A program made the position numbers and the translations under genes. 58,566 nt of DNA from a virus (lineage: Duplodnaviria > Caudoviricetes), in the IMG/VR virus record IMGVR_UViG_3300044648_000159, positions 1-58,566 of that record, one strand, 5' to 3'. Of the stretch, positions 36,224-44,578 are shown one piece after another. Numbering within the stretch: position 1 is the stretch's first letter; each line of letters begins with the position of its first letter. Under the pieces are notes generated by a model that was not told the DNA's origin, did no database searches, and saw only the letters and a list, made by a program, of their open reading frames with translations.

Positions 36224-37158
36224 CAGGAGCCCCTCCCGTCACGACCTTTCTTCACGGCAAGGCGCCAGTCAGGTGACTGACCGGGCTTCCCACTCGGCGC
36301 GTCCTTCTGCGAGATCCAGTAGCTACCGTCGGCCGTCACCGCATCACCGCGCTCGTATGTGCGATCGGCCTTGTATACACCGCGCTCGAGCACGACCGGA
36401 ACCGTAAATTTGAACTCTTTGCGCTGCTCGCCCCGTTCGTGGATAAACGTGAAAGCGCGCTCGCCGTCGTGCTCGACGCGCAGATCATCGAAACCAAGGC
36501 CGTCTGCCCCGTCCTTTCCGTTCACACCGTCACGGCCATCCTTCGGTTTGTCGAAGGACGCCAGCAGACGCGTGTGGATGTCCTGTGCGCGCCGCTCGAA
36601 ATCTAGCGCCCACTTGTCGAACGCTTGCTGGAAATGCGGAAGAACATCGTCAACGGTGACTGACTTGCCGTCGGATCCGCGCTCGCCATCGCGCCCGTTC
36701 TGCGGCAACGGGATGGACTTGAGAAAACCATCGATAATTGGGCGTACATCGTCGATGGTGATGCTCTTGCCGTCGACCCCATCGCGGCCAGGGATGCCAT
36801 CTTTCCCATCAACACCGTCACGACCATCCTTGCCGTCTGCTCCAGGCTGTCCCGGTGCTCCGTCTTTTCCATCAATACCGTCTCGGCCATCTGTGCCAGA
36901 CGCACCATCCTTACCGTCAACACCGTCTTCTCCTTTCTCGCCCCGATCTCCGGGAGGGCCCACCTCACCCTTCTCGCCCGGATCACCCTTGATGGACTCG
37001 CCGGGAGCGCCACGCTCGCCGGGATCGCCTTTCTCGCCCTTCTCCGGCTGGAGCTGCTCGAGCGCCGTCAATCGCTCGACAATCGGCCCAATGGCTTTCC
37101 CACAGTACTCCTTGACGATGGCCGCAACTGACTTGGCCCATTCAACCGGGTCGTTCAT
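36223..37158 (-). CDS. Collagen-like (Gly-X-Y) virion protein
   Basis: Long GEK/GRD/GKD triplet run; C-terminal GVY..YERGDAVT..GS.W..WRLAVKKGRDG. Confidence 0.85.
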   Translation of the reverse strand: MNDPVEWAKSVAAIVKEYCGKAIGPIVERLTALEQLQPEKGEKGDPGERGAPGESIKGDPGEKGEVGPPGDRGEKGEDGVDGKDGASGTDGRDGIDGKDGAPGQPGADGKDGRDGVDGKDGIPGRDGVDGKSITIDDVRPIIDGFLKSIPLPQNGRDGERGSDGKSVTVDDVLPHFQQAFDKWALDFERRAQDIHTRLLASFDKPKDGRDGVNGKDGADGLGFDDLRVEHDGERAFTFIHERGEQRKEFKFTVPVVLERGVYKADRTYERGDAVTADGSYWISQKDAPSGKPGQSPDWRLAVKKGRDGRGS

Positions 37159-38513
37159 GCGGCTAACAGCTCCAACTTGAGCGCGTCGAGTGATTTTCGA
37201 TTCCACTCGGCACGACGTTCCTCTGACTCATCATTGACCGGCGGCGCGGGCGCTGGTGCGGGTGTATCCGACTTGCCGAACGGATCGTCTTTTGCGTCTC
37301 GCTTGGCGAGAGCTGCAAGGCTGAAGTTCTGCTGCTGCAGGTAGAGCACGTCGCCTCCTACCTGAGGCGCCCAGTTCTCCATGCGACGCGCTTCGTTCGG
37401 CGCGAGCAATGCGCCGCTGATCGCCTTGATGTGCGAATCCAGCCGAGTCGCCGGATCCATTCGCAGCAACACCCCTTCGTCGAGCCACACTTCAGACGGA
37501 TCGCCCACCTCAAGCCCTTCCTTGAGGCGACGCTCGATGTTCTCGACGATCGGCTGCAGCGCCTGGTCGTAGTACTGTTGGTTCAGCGCCGCCACGTTAT
37601 TCGTCGTTGGCATCTGTCCCAGCCCTAGTTTGTACGGCGGGACGTGAAACGTTGCGCAGATCATCTCGCCGGTGAACTTCAACTGCTCGATAAGCTGCGA
37701 GTCCTCGGCAGTGATCGTCATGGCTTCGTACTTCAGGCCATCGCCGAGCACTGCAACCTTGCCGAAGTTGGCACCGCTGTAGTTCTCCTGCCAAGCGGTC
37801 TTCAATCGCCCAGCAGTCTCATCGGAAATGGAGCCCGGCGCGGTGAGCAAACCGCTCGGCCGGCTCATGTTTGCAAACAACAGTGCACTGTTCTGCTGGA
37901 TCGCTGCGCCCTGCATGGCGGCGATACCACAGGCGAATATTGGAGATACACCTATGAGCGGGTGGTACAGCGTCCACAACCGATCGTGAATCATCTCACT
38001 CGCAGGTACGACGATGCTTTCTTCGACATTGGAAAGCCGATCCTCACTGAGTTGGTAGTAGATACCGCCATCCTCAGTGATTAAGGGCATCACTTTGCAC
38101 GGATCCAGGATATACAGTGCAACTACGAAGCCACGCTCGTCACGCTGCTTGAGGATGTAGGTGTTGCCATTCAAAAGCAGTGACAGTACCCATAGCCGCA
38201 TGAACTCGCAGTAGGTCTGATAGCGATTGGGCTTACGCAGTAATGGACGCTCGCGCGTCGCTACAAAAATGCGTTGTGTGCTGTCGTAGTTCATCACCGT
38301 CGCCGGCATCTTGCCGATGTCGCCGGCAATCAGCGTCGCACACGAAAATACAGCCCAGTTTTGTACGACCGTTGCGCGGTCTATTTCAACGTTCTGTTGC
38401 CAGGCGCCCGTAAAGGACTCGAGCACGCGCGGCCACCATGACCACGTGCTGCCTCCGATGGGCGAGAGATACGAGGCCGCTTTATAGAACAGGGCGGCGA
38501 CCTGCTTCTTCAC
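37155..38513 (-). CDS. Portal protein (HK97 family)
   Basis: LLRKPN, LLNGN.Y, G.SPI, GKVAVL..GLKY, FHVPPYKLG, PNEARR. Confidence 0.95.
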   Translation of the reverse strand: MKKQVAALFYKAASYLSPIGGSTWSWWPRVLESFTGAWQQNVEIDRATVVQNWAVFSCATLIAGDIGKMPATVMNYDSTQRIFVATRERPLLRKPNRYQTYCEFMRLWVLSLLLNGNTYILKQRDERGFVVALYILDPCKVMPLITEDGGIYYQLSEDRLSNVEESIVVPASEMIHDRLWTLYHPLIGVSPIFACGIAAMQGAAIQQNSALLFANMSRPSGLLTAPGSISDETAGRLKTAWQENYSGANFGKVAVLGDGLKYEAMTITAEDSQLIEQLKFTGEMICATFHVPPYKLGLGQMPTTNNVAALNQQYYDQALQPIVENIERRLKEGLEVGDPSEVWLDEGVLLRMDPATRLDSHIKAISGALLAPNEARRMENWAPQVGGDVLYLQQQNFSLAALAKRDAKDDPFGKSDTPAPAPAPPVNDESEERRAEWNRKSLDALKLELLAA

Positions 38514-38701
38514 TATCGATCCTCAGCCGTCATGTCGCGGCGCTTGTATCCGCGATTCTTGCGCCGGCCTTCGACTTCGGTCTTCCGCGCTGCCTGAGCC
38601 AACAAGAGCACATCGACAAACTTCTCATCGCAATCGAACTCTTCATCGGCCACGATGATTCTGCCCCCGTAGTACATCTCTTTATTCGCGATGAGTTTCA
38701 T
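38513..38701 (-). CDS. Small head-associated protein
   Basis: 62 aa ending YKRRDMTAE, between capsid and portal. Confidence 0.7.
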   Translation of the reverse strand: MKLIANKEMYYGGRIIVADEEFDCDEKFVDVLLLAQAARKTEVEGRRKNRGYKRRDMTAEDR

Positions 38702-38719
38702 GAATACCTCGGGAAAGAG

Positions 38720-38745
38720 GAGCCCGGTCGCCCAGGCTCCTCGGA
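38720..38745 (-). terminator. Probable terminator after the major capsid gene
   Basis: GAGGAGCC...GGCTCCTC stem followed by TTT on the minus strand. Confidence 0.5.
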
Positions 38746-38752
38746 GTTGGGC

Positions 38753-40177
38753 TTACTCGCCCCAGTTGACGGAGTTGAGCCACGACACCGACGTCGAACG
38801 GGCCTTCGTCCAGTTAACGAACCGCTCAGCCTTGATGCCCAGCATGTTGTGCTGCCAGAGACTGACCAGAACGGTGGACGCAGTGACCGGGTTGGTCGGC
38901 GCATCGTCCATCTGCAACGATGCCTCGCGGCTAACATCGATCGACACCTGGCCGTCATCCGCCAGCAGGATCTCCGGCGCGTTCGCCAAAATGACGATCT
39001 TGCCGTTGGCCGAGGTATTCAGCAGGCCGTTGGACTGGGAAGTCACAACCGGCAGGCCGAAGAAGCTTCCGCCCTCCGCCGAGATGCCCGGAAACGACAT
39101 CTGACCCAGCGAGTTCACCATGGTGGACAAGCGCATCGCGACGACTGTGGGCATGATCCACACGCCGCCGACGACACCCTTGTTGTTGGTGATCCACTCG
39201 CCGAACAGCGTGTTCACATCCGTTCGGACGTTCGCCTCGGAAGTGCCGCCGCTGCCTGCCGCCGTCACGCCGTTGGTGATGGAAGCGGGCTTCACGTTGG
39301 CGGATCCAGAGTTGTCCGGATCCACGAAGTCCGAATCCATGACTTCGACCACCGCCTTGGCGAGATCACCGCGGATGATGGCTTCGGCCGATGGGCTCGA
39401 GAAGCGAGCCAGTTCCTCGGTAATGGCAGTGATGACCGCCAGCTTGGTGTGGCCAAGCGTGATGGCATCGAACGCCTGACGGCTCAGCGGTTTCGGAGCG
39501 CCCTCACCCACCCACTGGGCGGTGGCACCAGCGGTTTGCCGGGCCATGCGGATATCGAACGGAACACGTCGCAGGTTCGGGATACGACCGATGATCGTCT
39601 GCGGCCGCAGAAAATCGATGAAGTCGTTCACCATGTTGGTGTAGTACACCAACGGCGAAGCGAAATCGGAGTCAGTCGTGGTGCCGACGTCGACCGCGGT
39701 CTTGACGATCTGCTCGGCGGACATGCGCGTACGCAGTTCCAGCGCCTTGTGCAGGTTCGCATCGTCCTTGAATCGCCCTTTCGCGAAACTCAGGGCATCA
39801 GAGATGCTGCCCTTTCCCGCGGCCAAACATCCGACATACCGCGCGAAGTCGAGACCCTTCTCGCGCTTCTTGTCGAGCTGCACGATGTGCGGCGTACCGC
39901 CGCGCTGACGCGAGCCTTCCTTCTCATCGATGCCTGCATCGACGGTGACACGAGCCGCCTTGGAAACGTTCAATCCTTCCAGCTTGCGCAGGCGAACGAG
40001 ATCCTTGTCGACCGATTCGATGTCCGCAGTCAGATCGTCGGCTTCGGTGCCTTCCGCTTCGTCCAGACCACGCTCTTCGTCGATGGTCTTCTGGGTGATG
40101 TCATTGAGACGCGCAAGCTTCGCTGCGCGGGTGTTTTCAAGATCCTTGATTTGATCTTGCAGGGTCTTCTTTGCCAC
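38753..40177 (-). CDS. Major capsid protein (HK97 fold)
   Basis: Coiled-coil delta domain, AQWVGEG, ITEEL.R.S, SLWQ.NM..I.AER..NW. Confidence 0.95.
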   Translation of the reverse strand: MAKKTLQDQIKDLENTRAAKLARLNDITQKTIDEERGLDEAEGTEADDLTADIESVDKDLVRLRKLEGLNVSKAARVTVDAGIDEKEGSRQRGGTPHIVQLDKKREKGLDFARYVGCLAAGKGSISDALSFAKGRFKDDANLHKALELRTRMSAEQIVKTAVDVGTTTDSDFASPLVYYTNMVNDFIDFLRPQTIIGRIPNLRRVPFDIRMARQTAGATAQWVGEGAPKPLSRQAFDAITLGHTKLAVITAITEELARFSSPSAEAIIRGDLAKAVVEVMDSDFVDPDNSGSANVKPASITNGVTAAGSGGTSEANVRTDVNTLFGEWITNNKGVVGGVWIMPTVVAMRLSTMVNSLGQMSFPGISAEGGSFFGLPVVTSQSNGLLNTSANGKIVILANAPEILLADDGQVSIDVSREASLQMDDAPTNPVTASTVLVSLWQHNMLGIKAERFVNWTKARSTSVSWLNSVNWGE

Positions 40178-40781
40178 GGTCGTAATTCCTCGGGATGAGT
40201 TGCACCGGGCCGCGCTTGCGGACCGGAGTGATGTCCCGAGACGCCGGGGAAGATTTGATCAAGGCGACGCCGCCACGCTGCTCACGGCCTGACGCGGCCA
40301 GCAGTTGGCGATCAATCGACTTGATTGTTTGGATCGATGCATCGCCGTTCGCGGCGATAGTGACTCCGCTCAGCTCGAGCCAGAGCCACTTAAGAAATCT
40401 GACGCCGTACGTGCCTTCGATGCGCGCCGCCTCAATCGACTGGAATCCGATTGAAAGACCCCGTACGAGGCCGCTCTTGATATCGGCCCATGCATTGTTC
40501 AGGCGTTCTGCCCAGGCCGGAGGCGAATCTGCATCAGGAGTGACCAACTTTACGGTGACTTCGATGCCTTCTTTCGTGACCTTCGCCTTGGTGACGTGGC
40601 CGATCGGCTTTGTAGCGTCGTGTTGCCACAGAAATGGAATGGGCAACTGAAACTCCGCGCCTTTCGGCTCGACGATGTCGCCCATGCGATCAACGGTCGG
40701 AGTCGTCGCGATTCCAGTGAGCTCACGCTTGTCTTCGTCAAAGGCTTTGATCTCAAGCAGGCTGTGCGCTCGCTTAAGCAT
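40137..40781 (-). CDS. Prohead protease (HK97 family)
   Basis: GIATT..DR.GD.VEP.GA, FLWQH, GLSIGF, LELS.VT..AN. Confidence 0.93.
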   Translation of the reverse strand: MLKRAHSLLEIKAFDEDKRELTGIATTPTVDRMGDIVEPKGAEFQLPIPFLWQHDATKPIGHVTKAKVTKEGIEVTVKLVTPDADSPPAWAERLNNAWADIKSGLVRGLSIGFQSIEAARIEGTYGVRFLKWLWLELSGVTIAANGDASIQTIKSIDRQLLAASGREQRGGVALIKSSPASRDITPVRKRGPVQLIPRNYDRGKEDPARSNQGS

Positions 40782-40800
40782 TTGGACACTCCAGAATTGG

Positions 40801-40823
40801 AAAACCCGCATCGGATGCGGGTG
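40801..40823 (-). terminator. Intrinsic terminator upstream of the protease gene
   Basis: ACCCGCATC/GATGCGGGT stem followed by TTTT on the minus strand. Confidence 0.6.
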
Positions 40824-40837
40824 TTAGAATCGGCCCT

Positions 40838-41074
40838 ATGGCACGCCAACTGATGAGTCAGAAAAACACGCGCAAATTGGCGCAACAGTCCGGTCTGGAC
40901 GTCATTGCAGTCCTCGTGCGCGGCGGGACGGGCCACCGGAAGGATCTCTGCCTTTCCGATGGCACTATCGTTTATCGATATCCAGACGGATCACTGATCC
41001 AGGACCCTTCCACTCGACACCCCTATAGGCGTCTTGCAGATGGAACTGTTCGGCATCAGACAAACATCACCTGA
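40838..41074 (+). CDS. Small opposite-strand gene between terL and protease
   Basis: 78 aa ORF filling the gap. Confidence 0.5.
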   Translation: MARQLMSQKNTRKLAQQSGLDVIAVLVRGGTGHRKDLCLSDGTIVYRYPDGSLIQDPSTRHPYRRLADGTVRHQTNIT

Positions 41075-42729
41075 TACTTCTTCTCGGGCTCGCGAGTACC
41101 GAGTGCACGGCCCATACTCATGACCAAGGCAACTGGACCATCGATCTTGCACCGAGGGTCGTGCTCGTTTTCCTTGCGCGGATAGATGTTCTCTTTCGCG
41201 TCGATCTTCGCCGCGACGTTGCCCATCATCCACGTCATCACCGGGTTGCCGTCATGCCAAAGGCGGCGACTGATGACGCGCGCCTCAACTTCCTTCATCG
41301 GTTCGCTCATGTTGCGCACCGTCTGATTGAAGTTGACGACTTTGTCCTTGAGGCTCGTGCTCTGCAGGCGGTTCATCAGGTCGTTCGCCTGCCAGTCATC
41401 GAAGCCGGCGTCCTGCAGGTCCACGATAGACGCGAACCGCTTGATGTCTTCCTCGATGAACGCGATGTCGGTCTGTGCGCCCGGAGTGACAATCAGATCA
41501 CCGCTCGTCGCAAACTGGCGGTACTTATCGTTCTCCTCAAGCGCTGCCTCGGGAACGTAGAACCGCGGGATGCAAAATGATTCCTGGCCACGCTCAAACA
41601 ACATCACCAGAGCCGCGACGTCCAGCTTGCTGGCAAGGTCCACACCCATCCAGCACGGCACGCCGCGGAAGTCTTCTACAGTCATCACCCGCTTCTGGCG
41701 CTGCCAGGCGAGCATGTTCATCCAGACGGTACGCGCACCAACCCATTCGTTTAGATGTTTGGTGCGGAATGAGTTTTGTTTGGTCGCCGAGCGCTTCGCT
41801 TGCGCGAGCTGCGCCAGCAGGAAGTCTTCAAAGACGCTGACACCGAAATTCGGGTTCGCTTTTTTCAGGCTGGCCGGGTCCTGCCAATCGTCCTCTTCGT
41901 CGATCCCATAAATTATGCCGAACTGCGTCTCGTCTTCGACCTGTCGTTCCAGGATGCGAATCACATCCCTACGTTTTTCGTAACAGGGGCCGCCTAGATT
42001 CGATCCGGCCGTCGTTATGATCGACAGCAATGGCTGCTCGCGAGCGCCCATGCCCGTTCGCATCGCGTCGGTCATGTGGTCACTGTCATGCTCGTGAAAT
42101 TCATCAATGAGAGCCGCATGCGGGCTGGAGCCGTCACCCGGCTTTCCAATCATCGTCTCGAACTTCGACATATCGCTGGTGATGTACAGCGGGCCCGGGT
42201 TCTTCGCATTCCCTGACTGGTCGATGCTGTATCGGTCACGCAGCGCCGGCAGCTTCTGCACCATCTGCCATGCCGGGCGGAAAATCTCGTGAGACTGTTT
42301 TTCAGTCGTCGCGCCGGAGTACACCTCTGCGCCAGCTTCACCATCGGCACAGAACAGATAGATTCCGCGGGCCGCGAGACGGATACTCTTGCCGTTTTTT
42401 CGAGGAACTTCCTCGAAAGACTCTCGAAACCTGCGCTTATCAGTGTCGCGATGGAGCCAACCGAAAAGATTGGCTTCGATGAAACATTGCCACGGCTGAA
42501 ACTTCAGTCGGTCGCGCTGCGCGGCCCATCGACCCTTTGTATGAGGCATTCGCTGCATGAATTCGCACGCGCGATTCGCGGCGTCTTCATTGAAGTAGTA
42601 CGGCCAATCCGTACGCTCCAGATCAGCAAGGAAACGTTGGCACGCCAGGCGAACGTACTTGCCGGCGACGACACGTCCGTCAACTACATCTCTCGCGTAA
42701 TGTTTCGCTCGATCAGATGATGTTTCCAT
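41056..42729 (-). CDS. terL: Terminase large subunit
   Basis: PWQ, VPRKNGKS, LIDEFH, GVDLA..D, KIDGPVA. Confidence 0.96.
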   Translation of the reverse strand: METSSDRAKHYARDVVDGRVVAGKYVRLACQRFLADLERTDWPYYFNEDAANRACEFMQRMPHTKGRWAAQRDRLKFQPWQCFIEANLFGWLHRDTDKRRFRESFEEVPRKNGKSIRLAARGIYLFCADGEAGAEVYSGATTEKQSHEIFRPAWQMVQKLPALRDRYSIDQSGNAKNPGPLYITSDMSKFETMIGKPGDGSSPHAALIDEFHEHDSDHMTDAMRTGMGAREQPLLSIITTAGSNLGGPCYEKRRDVIRILERQVEDETQFGIIYGIDEEDDWQDPASLKKANPNFGVSVFEDFLLAQLAQAKRSATKQNSFRTKHLNEWVGARTVWMNMLAWQRQKRVMTVEDFRGVPCWMGVDLASKLDVAALVMLFERGQESFCIPRFYVPEAALEENDKYRQFATSGDLIVTPGAQTDIAFIEEDIKRFASIVDLQDAGFDDWQANDLMNRLQSTSLKDKVVNFNQTVRNMSEPMKEVEARVISRRLWHDGNPVMTWMMGNVAAKIDAKENIYPRKENEHDPRCKIDGPVALVMSMGRALGTREPEKKYQVMFV

Positions 42730-42732
42730 TCG

Positions 42733-42762
42733 CCAAAGAAAAGGGCGACCGAAGTCGCCCTT
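42733..42762 (-). terminator. Intrinsic terminator closing the repeat-array transcript
   Basis: Minus strand AAGGGCGAC-TTCG-GTCGCCCTT-TTCTTT (UUCG tetraloop). Confidence 0.88.
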
Positions 42763-43221
42763 GTTGCCTCACCGTTTCTCAACTGGCCTCATCTGGCCTA
42801 ACCTCACCTCGCCGGCCTCGCCCGACCAAGCCATGTTCTCCTTGCCGTATCGCAATCGACCGCGCCACGCCCGCCACGCCTAACCCGGCCCGACCAGTCC
42901 GCAACAAGCCCCATCTTGCCCGGCCTTGCCGGTCATGCCTCACCCGGCCGTAACAGACCGCGCCGTTCACTGCCACGCCCAACCAATCCCCGCCTTGCCT
43001 GCCAAGCCACATCTCGCCTATAGCACCTGACCTTATCTCACCGTGGCTGCCTCGCCCGGTCTTGCCCGGCCCGGCCGCACCTAACCCGGCCTGCCTCGCC
43101 AATCCGCGTTAGGCCATACCAAACGCCAACCTCGCCTAGTCCTTCACGCCGCGCCTGCCTAGCCCCGCCACGCCCTCCGAGCCGGACTATACCCAGCCAG
43201 CCCCTACCTAGCCCGCCTTGC
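42763..43221 (-). ncRNA. GGY-NN pentamer array, putative multi-guide non-coding RNA
   Basis: About 90 five-nt periods, ~68 with exact GGC/GGT by hand count, variable NN; 4-nt GGCN breaks every 44-69 nt; bounded by a stop codon and a terminator. Confidence 0.75.
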
Positions 43222-43719
43222 CTATGCGTTCGGCCGATTCTCCGGCTTACGCTTCTCTGCCTTCGACTTCGCGCGGTTGACGCCAGCAATCAGGCGATCA
43301 ACTTCGGAGCGCAGATTCAGCGCCGCCGCGACCTCCTGGGCCCGAGTTAGCGCCGCCTGCGCACGAGCAAACTCGTAGATGATGGCCCTGCGCGCAAGCT
43401 CTTCATCGTCACGAAGTGCCGTGATGCTGATATATCCTTGCTCACGCGCCGGCACAGACGGGTCACGAACGTAAGCAACCGAAGTGACAATTGTGGCGTC
43501 TGTCCTGCTCATCACGCGCACAACACGTATCAATTCGCGGGCTGTGTCGAGCCAGTGCGCATACGAAGCCTTGCTGACATCCCACTCAAATCTGTCATGC
43601 AGCGGGCTATCTGGATCGCGAGCATCTTCGACAACGGCGTCGGGGCGAATGCGCCCGCCACTTCTGGCGGCGATCTCATCTATTCTCTCGCGAATTTGCG
43701 CAATGTTTTCCATTGTCAC
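43222..43719 (-). CDS. Partner protein of the Cas7-like gene
   Basis: PDAVVEDARDPDSPLHDRFEWD..A..ARELIR; GTGA-coupled to the upstream gene. Confidence 0.75.
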   Translation of the reverse strand: MTMENIAQIRERIDEIAARSGGRIRPDAVVEDARDPDSPLHDRFEWDVSKASYAHWLDTARELIRVVRVMSRTDATIVTSVAYVRDPSVPAREQGYISITALRDDEELARRAIIYEFARAQAALTRAQEVAAALNLRSEVDRLIAGVNRAKSKAEKRKPENRPNA

Positions 43720-44480
43720 GCCACCTTGAAACCACGACGCTGCACTTCAACGTCGAACCACGATAAGAGACTCTGCGTTTCATCGTCGTAACACTCGGGA
43801 TTGGCCAGCGCCTCGTCCTGGGCTTTGCGCACGCCCGTCTTTGTGATGCGCCCGAAATCCGGATCTGATGGCGCACACAGTCGAAACGTTCCATAAGAGC
43901 CAGCGCCCTTCTCAACGCGCCAGTCACCCACGCCGGCCGTGATGCCCCCGGCGGCCAGCAGGTTCGCCACCGACTGCTCGCGCATGATCGGCTTCACGAA
44001 CTTGACCGTGATGCGACACGCCCACTCTGGAACGATCGCGCGGCTGCGCACGTCCGGCGTGCGATTCATGTCCGCCGAGCGCGTTACCGACATCAGAAGC
44101 TGCGGCACACCGAACAGGTCGACGCGGTCGCCCTCGATGTACACCAGCCGGCCGATCTGCGCCTTCTTCGCGCCAGGGATATCCAGCGCCGCTGTACGCA
44201 TCGCGCCCTTGAACATCGACGCCAGCAGCTGCAAGCGCGTTTTGCCGCCGTCGCCCTGTGACATGTATGGCGAGGCGCGGAACTCAGCAAGCGGATCGTG
44301 CTTCAAGGTCGAAGCCTTTTCCGCCGCGTTCTTCCGACCCTTCGGCATCAGCAGTTCGCGCTGTGCCTTCTCACTCATCCGGTTCAAGATGATCGGGCTC
44401 GTTCCAATGACGCAGAAGTCCATCGCTCCCTGCATCACTTCCATCACGAAAACTTCGCTCTCGTCTTTCGGCTTTGCCAT
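43716..44480 (-). CDS. Cas7/RAMP-like RNA-binding protein
   Basis: N-terminal IGTSPIILN, FKGAMRTAA helix, C-terminal Gly-rich loop GGITAGVGDWRVEKGAGSYGTF; GGAG RBS before ATG 44480. Confidence 0.7.
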   Translation of the reverse strand: MAKPKDESEVFVMEVMQGAMDFCVIGTSPIILNRMSEKAQRELLMPKGRKNAAEKASTLKHDPLAEFRASPYMSQGDGGKTRLQLLASMFKGAMRTAALDIPGAKKAQIGRLVYIEGDRVDLFGVPQLLMSVTRSADMNRTPDVRSRAIVPEWACRITVKFVKPIMREQSVANLLAAGGITAGVGDWRVEKGAGSYGTFRLCAPSDPDFGRITKTGVRKAQDEALANPECYDDETQSLLSWFDVEVQRRGFKVA

Positions 44481-44521
44481 CACGCTCTCCATTCTTTGGG
44501 TAGAAAGTACCGTCGAATGAG

Positions 44522-44571
44522 AGATTAATACAGCTTTCTGTATTGCTGCAACAGTTTACTGTATTTATTCT
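44522..44571. promoter_or_regulatory. Divergent promoters with two ACAG-N4-CTGT operators
   Basis: AATACAG-cttt-CTGTATT (44527-44544) and ACAG-ttta-CTGT (44551-44562); plus TTGCTG-17-TATTCT; minus TTGCAG-18-TAATCT. Confidence 0.65.
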
Positions 44572-44578
44572 TCAGCCT

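Noticed and set aside
40137-40177. Programmed protease-capsid fusion
   Set aside because: No slippery heptamer seen, and the capsid has its own GAGGA RBS
38438-40198. 586-aa plus-strand ORF (and similar antisense ORFs at 36359-37180, 34073-34984, 495-1514)
   Set aside because: Antisense shadows of real genes in GC-rich DNA, with no recognisable motifs
42763-43221. Canonical CRISPR array or simple microsatellite
   Set aside because: No 23-50 nt identical repeats with spacers, no cas1/2, and NN is too diverse for slippage; a G-quadruplex role is not excluded but does not explain the blocks
42779-43289. Gly/Arg-rich ORFs 42779-43102 and 43038-43289
   Set aside because: By-products of the GGY-NN array; a 5-nt period is not codon-compatible, and one ORF starts inside the upstream gene
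44538-44554. LexA box at the Cas7-like promoter
   Set aside because: Spacing is CTGT-N9-ACAG rather than N8; it is better explained as the junction of two ACAG-N4-CTGT operators
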